Origin: an uncultured Parachlamydiaceae bacterium
Lineage (GTDB): Bacteria; Chlamydiota; Chlamydiia; Chlamydiales; Parachlamydiaceae
Direction of reading: 5' to 3'
Length of the DNA stretch: 64,000 nucleotides
NCBI GenBank assembly: GCA_963752155.1
Contig: CAVVXH010000008.1
Span: 32,001 to 96,000, forward strand
Shown: positions 61,433 to 64,000 of the stretch, one piece after another
Position numbering within the stretch: position 1 is the stretch's first letter
How the letters are laid out: each line of letters begins with the position of its first letter
Program-made: the position numbers and the translations under genes
Notes under the pieces: model-generated
The model's database searches: none
Seen by the model: the letters and a program-made list of their open reading frames with translations, nothing else
What the model was told of the DNA's origin: nothing

Positions 61433-62632
61433 TTAATCTTTCCACAAAATCCAATAAGTCGTTCCTTCTGGACCATTACGCGCAGCATGGAGCCGTCGGC
61501 TAACTATATTTTCGGGTCGTAATAACCGCTGATAAAGATCATCAAAAAACTCTGGAGAATCAGTAAAAAAATGATGCAAATTTCGAAGTCTATTGATTGG
61601 CGTTGCGTCTACGACAGAAAAATTTCGTGCTCCTTTAGCCTGCAGATCAAGCAATTCTAAAGCCTCCTCAAACTCATATTCTCCCAATCTATCTTGAGGA
61701 GGCGTTGTTACTTCCGCTAATCGACCCAACCTTCGAGAGTTGTTGATCCAATGGCTCATCAACAAAGCACGATCATTGGAAGAAACATAGGCCGTTAAAT
61801 GTCTAGAGAGGGCTTGAATTCTTTCTGAAAATTTCTCATCAAAAGCTTGAGCTGATACGTCTGGCGCTGACAATACTACATGATCAAGTTTTAATTTATC
61901 CTGAATAAGATCTGAATGAGTTGAAAGCCAGGCAAAAGAATCGCAAATTGTTTGACAACCAAGGCTGCTTCCCATCAACCACACATTTTCAGCCCCTATA
62001 TGCCGAACCACCGTTTCCAGAAGTTGGCCTAGATCTGAAGCAGACTTTGTAGCGACTAATTGTGAAGCTGCATAGCCTCGCTGACCTTCACCTTGATTTC
62101 CAGGCCAATCGAATAACAACACAGGCGTATCGATATCTAAAACATAAGCGGTGTAAGCTGTTTTTAGAGCTGCAGATTGAAACCAATCTCTAAAGCCCCA
62201 AACAATCACTAACACAGATTTTTTGGGAGATGCCTCAACAGCTTCACGCAATTGTGCTTGAAAATTGTCCTGAGAAAGCTCTTGTCGATCTGCCCATTTC
62301 ATACTTAACGTATCAAACCACACAAATGGCAAAATCTGTTTATATGGCGAGATAAAGACATCGAACGTACCGCTTGAAATATCGGTTCCCAATTCATTTC
62401 CTTGACCATTGAAAGTTTCTTCACGGTTGACACGATTGGTGGTGTAAAAAAACTGAAAACGACGCTGATCCCCTTCCTGAATACCCGGCAATCGTCCGGC
62501 AAATGTTGAACGGATTGGTACAGGCCCAATCCCCATAAAATTTTGATTAACATAGATTGCAAGAATCCCCACAAGAGCAAGCAATGTAACAAATAATAAG
62601 ATCCAAAATAATCGTCGATACCGAATTTTCAT
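61433..62632 (-). CDS. DUF900-type alpha/beta hydrolase, membrane anchored
   Basis: FYTTNR, VLVIVWGF, FDWP, GSSLG, VLSAPDV, SSNDRAL; ATG 62632 overlaps the upstream stop. Confidence 0.8.
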   Translation of the reverse strand: MKIRYRRLFWILLFVTLLALVGILAIYVNQNFMGIGPVPIRSTFAGRLPGIQEGDQRRFQFFYTTNRVNREETFNGQGNELGTDISSGTFDVFISPYKQILPFVWFDTLSMKWADRQELSQDNFQAQLREAVEASPKKSVLVIVWGFRDWFQSAALKTAYTAYVLDIDTPVLLFDWPGNQGEGQRGYAASQLVATKSASDLGQLLETVVRHIGAENVWLMGSSLGCQTICDSFAWLSTHSDLIQDKLKLDHVVLSAPDVSAQAFDEKFSERIQALSRHLTAYVSSNDRALLMSHWINNSRRLGRLAEVTTPPQDRLGEYEFEEALELLDLQAKGARNFSVVDATPINRLRNLHHFFTDSPEFFDDLYQRLLRPENIVSRRLHAARNGPEGTTYWILWKD

Positions 62633-63402
62633 ATAATCCTCTTTTCTCGTTTCCATATCATAAAGATCAGCCACATTCCCGCCGTTGCTGCTAATAAATG
62701 CTTCAGAGTGTGCCCACTGACAAGGTGATGACTCAAGGCAAAGATTTGATAATCCAATCTCTCGAATATAACAGCCAATAAATAGCAAAAAATGACGAGA
62801 GAAAGATCCCCACTTCTGCTGTAGGGGGACGGAACAAACAACATGACAAAAGTTACTAAAATCGCAAATACTTGGACACCTAGATAGAAACGTAAATCCC
62901 CTTCTCCAAGTAATTCACCGTGCTGCCAAGACAAGACACTATAAAACCCTATCCCCAGCAACAGAGGCCATAACCCTATCCCAAGAATTATGTGGATTCT
63001 CTCGGCTATCAGAGCTGCAACTAAGGACATAAAAACGATTGTCATCGGCAATCTATCCCAGACTAGACGTGAATTACTCGGTTCAAGATGATAATAGCTT
63101 GATCCTACAGCTGTTAATATTAAACCGATTGAAACTCCCATCCAAAGCCAACGTTCACGATTGTCTACAAAGAACACTTTTCCTGGATAAAATAAAACAA
63201 ATAGGCCCCAAAATCCAGCCACAGCAAATAAAACATTCGACAATACATTGGAGGCATTAGGTATCCCAAGCCAATTTCTTTGGTCAACAAAATGGTGATA
63301 GCTTAATGGTTGTGGAATTGGCCCTAGGAACAAACCTACCACAACGATCAACACCACCACAGCAACAAGAAGTGTCATAGCTGTATTCTTGGAAACCATC
63401 AA
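62629..63402 (-). CDS. Alkaline phytoceramidase-like (CREST) membrane hydrolase
   Basis: PQPLSYHHFVDQR, NVLSN, GSSYYH, LVWDRLPM, SGHTLKH. Confidence 0.85.
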   Translation of the reverse strand: MMVSKNTAMTLLVAVVVLIVVVGLFLGPIPQPLSYHHFVDQRNWLGIPNASNVLSNVLFAVAGFWGLFVLFYPGKVFFVDNRERWLWMGVSIGLILTAVGSSYYHLEPSNSRLVWDRLPMTIVFMSLVAALIAERIHIILGIGLWPLLLGIGFYSVLSWQHGELLGEGDLRFYLGVQVFAILVTFVMLFVPSPYSRSGDLSLVIFCYLLAVIFERLDYQIFALSHHLVSGHTLKHLLAATAGMWLIFMIWKREKRII

Positions 63403-64000
63403 TTTCTCTTAGAATTTTCTTTCATCCGTTAGCCTTATTCTTAAAACGTAAAGCTCTTTATGTAAAGTTTTAAATTTAAATAAAGTATCTCCAAGATCTT
63501 CTTCAACAGTTGCAATGACAAGGCGCCAATCTTAGGTTACCCACAAAGACACATATGGGTTATAGAATAATCATACCCACAGCATCGCTAACGCTTGCTA
63601 TGTGCAATTTTTGAGATAGAATCCTTTATATTGCATATAAATTTCTAAAGAGATAGAATGTTCAACGTATCATAGCAGAAAAGAATCATGTTTTAAATAT
63701 TGAAAATTATACCGCTTGGCAACAAATTCTCGAGGTAGCTCATGGAAAACAATCATCATAGTGATTTTGTTAAGAATTGGCTAATAATTCATAAACTAAG
63801 TATGGAACGAGCCATTGATGATTCAATAAGAACAGGTGTACCTCTTGTTATAATGTAGGAAGGTAAAATCATTGAGTTAAAACCTAAGTTTAAATATGTC
63901 CGTGTTCCAATTGAACCGGAAGAATAATTAAATGCCTAATTTGATTCAATAAATACCTTCACTAATTCTGCAAAGTGATTATAATCCTGAGAAAGAAAAT

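Noticed and set aside
63760..63927. Possible small antitoxin-like remnant (…SIRTGVPLVIM*EGKIIELKP)
   Set aside because: Interrupted by stops and too short to assign by eye

Overview
This AT-rich bacterial window is most likely from an environmental chlamydia (inference from a glyA-clpP1-UPF0158 block, DUF2608-like and ankyrin genes). The right end (52.5-64 kb) is largely core genome: tRNA(CAT), tRNA-Arg(TCG), a large protein whose C-terminal half is a degenerate ISAs1 transposase, glyA, clpP and UPF0158. From about 23.7 to 52.6 kb lies a tandem stack of at least four integrative elements, all inserted at the 3' end of tRNA(CAT). The stack shows two perfect 42-bp att copies plus one degenerate copy, paired TGCACC arm-like repeats, and three integrases that decay with distance from the tRNA. 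It also holds xis-like, TOPRIM/DUF3987, ImmA, DUF1016 and RhuM remnants, and detoxification and housekeeping cargo. A 484-bp nested palindromic element with a perfect 70-bp palindrome occurs twice, and other long intergenic palindromes are present. The left part (1-23.5 kb) is a decaying metabolic/stress block. Many genes are deletion chimeras or pseudogenes. Several single-base C/G insertions may be assembly errors. All protein calls come from motif recognition by eye; no searches were run.
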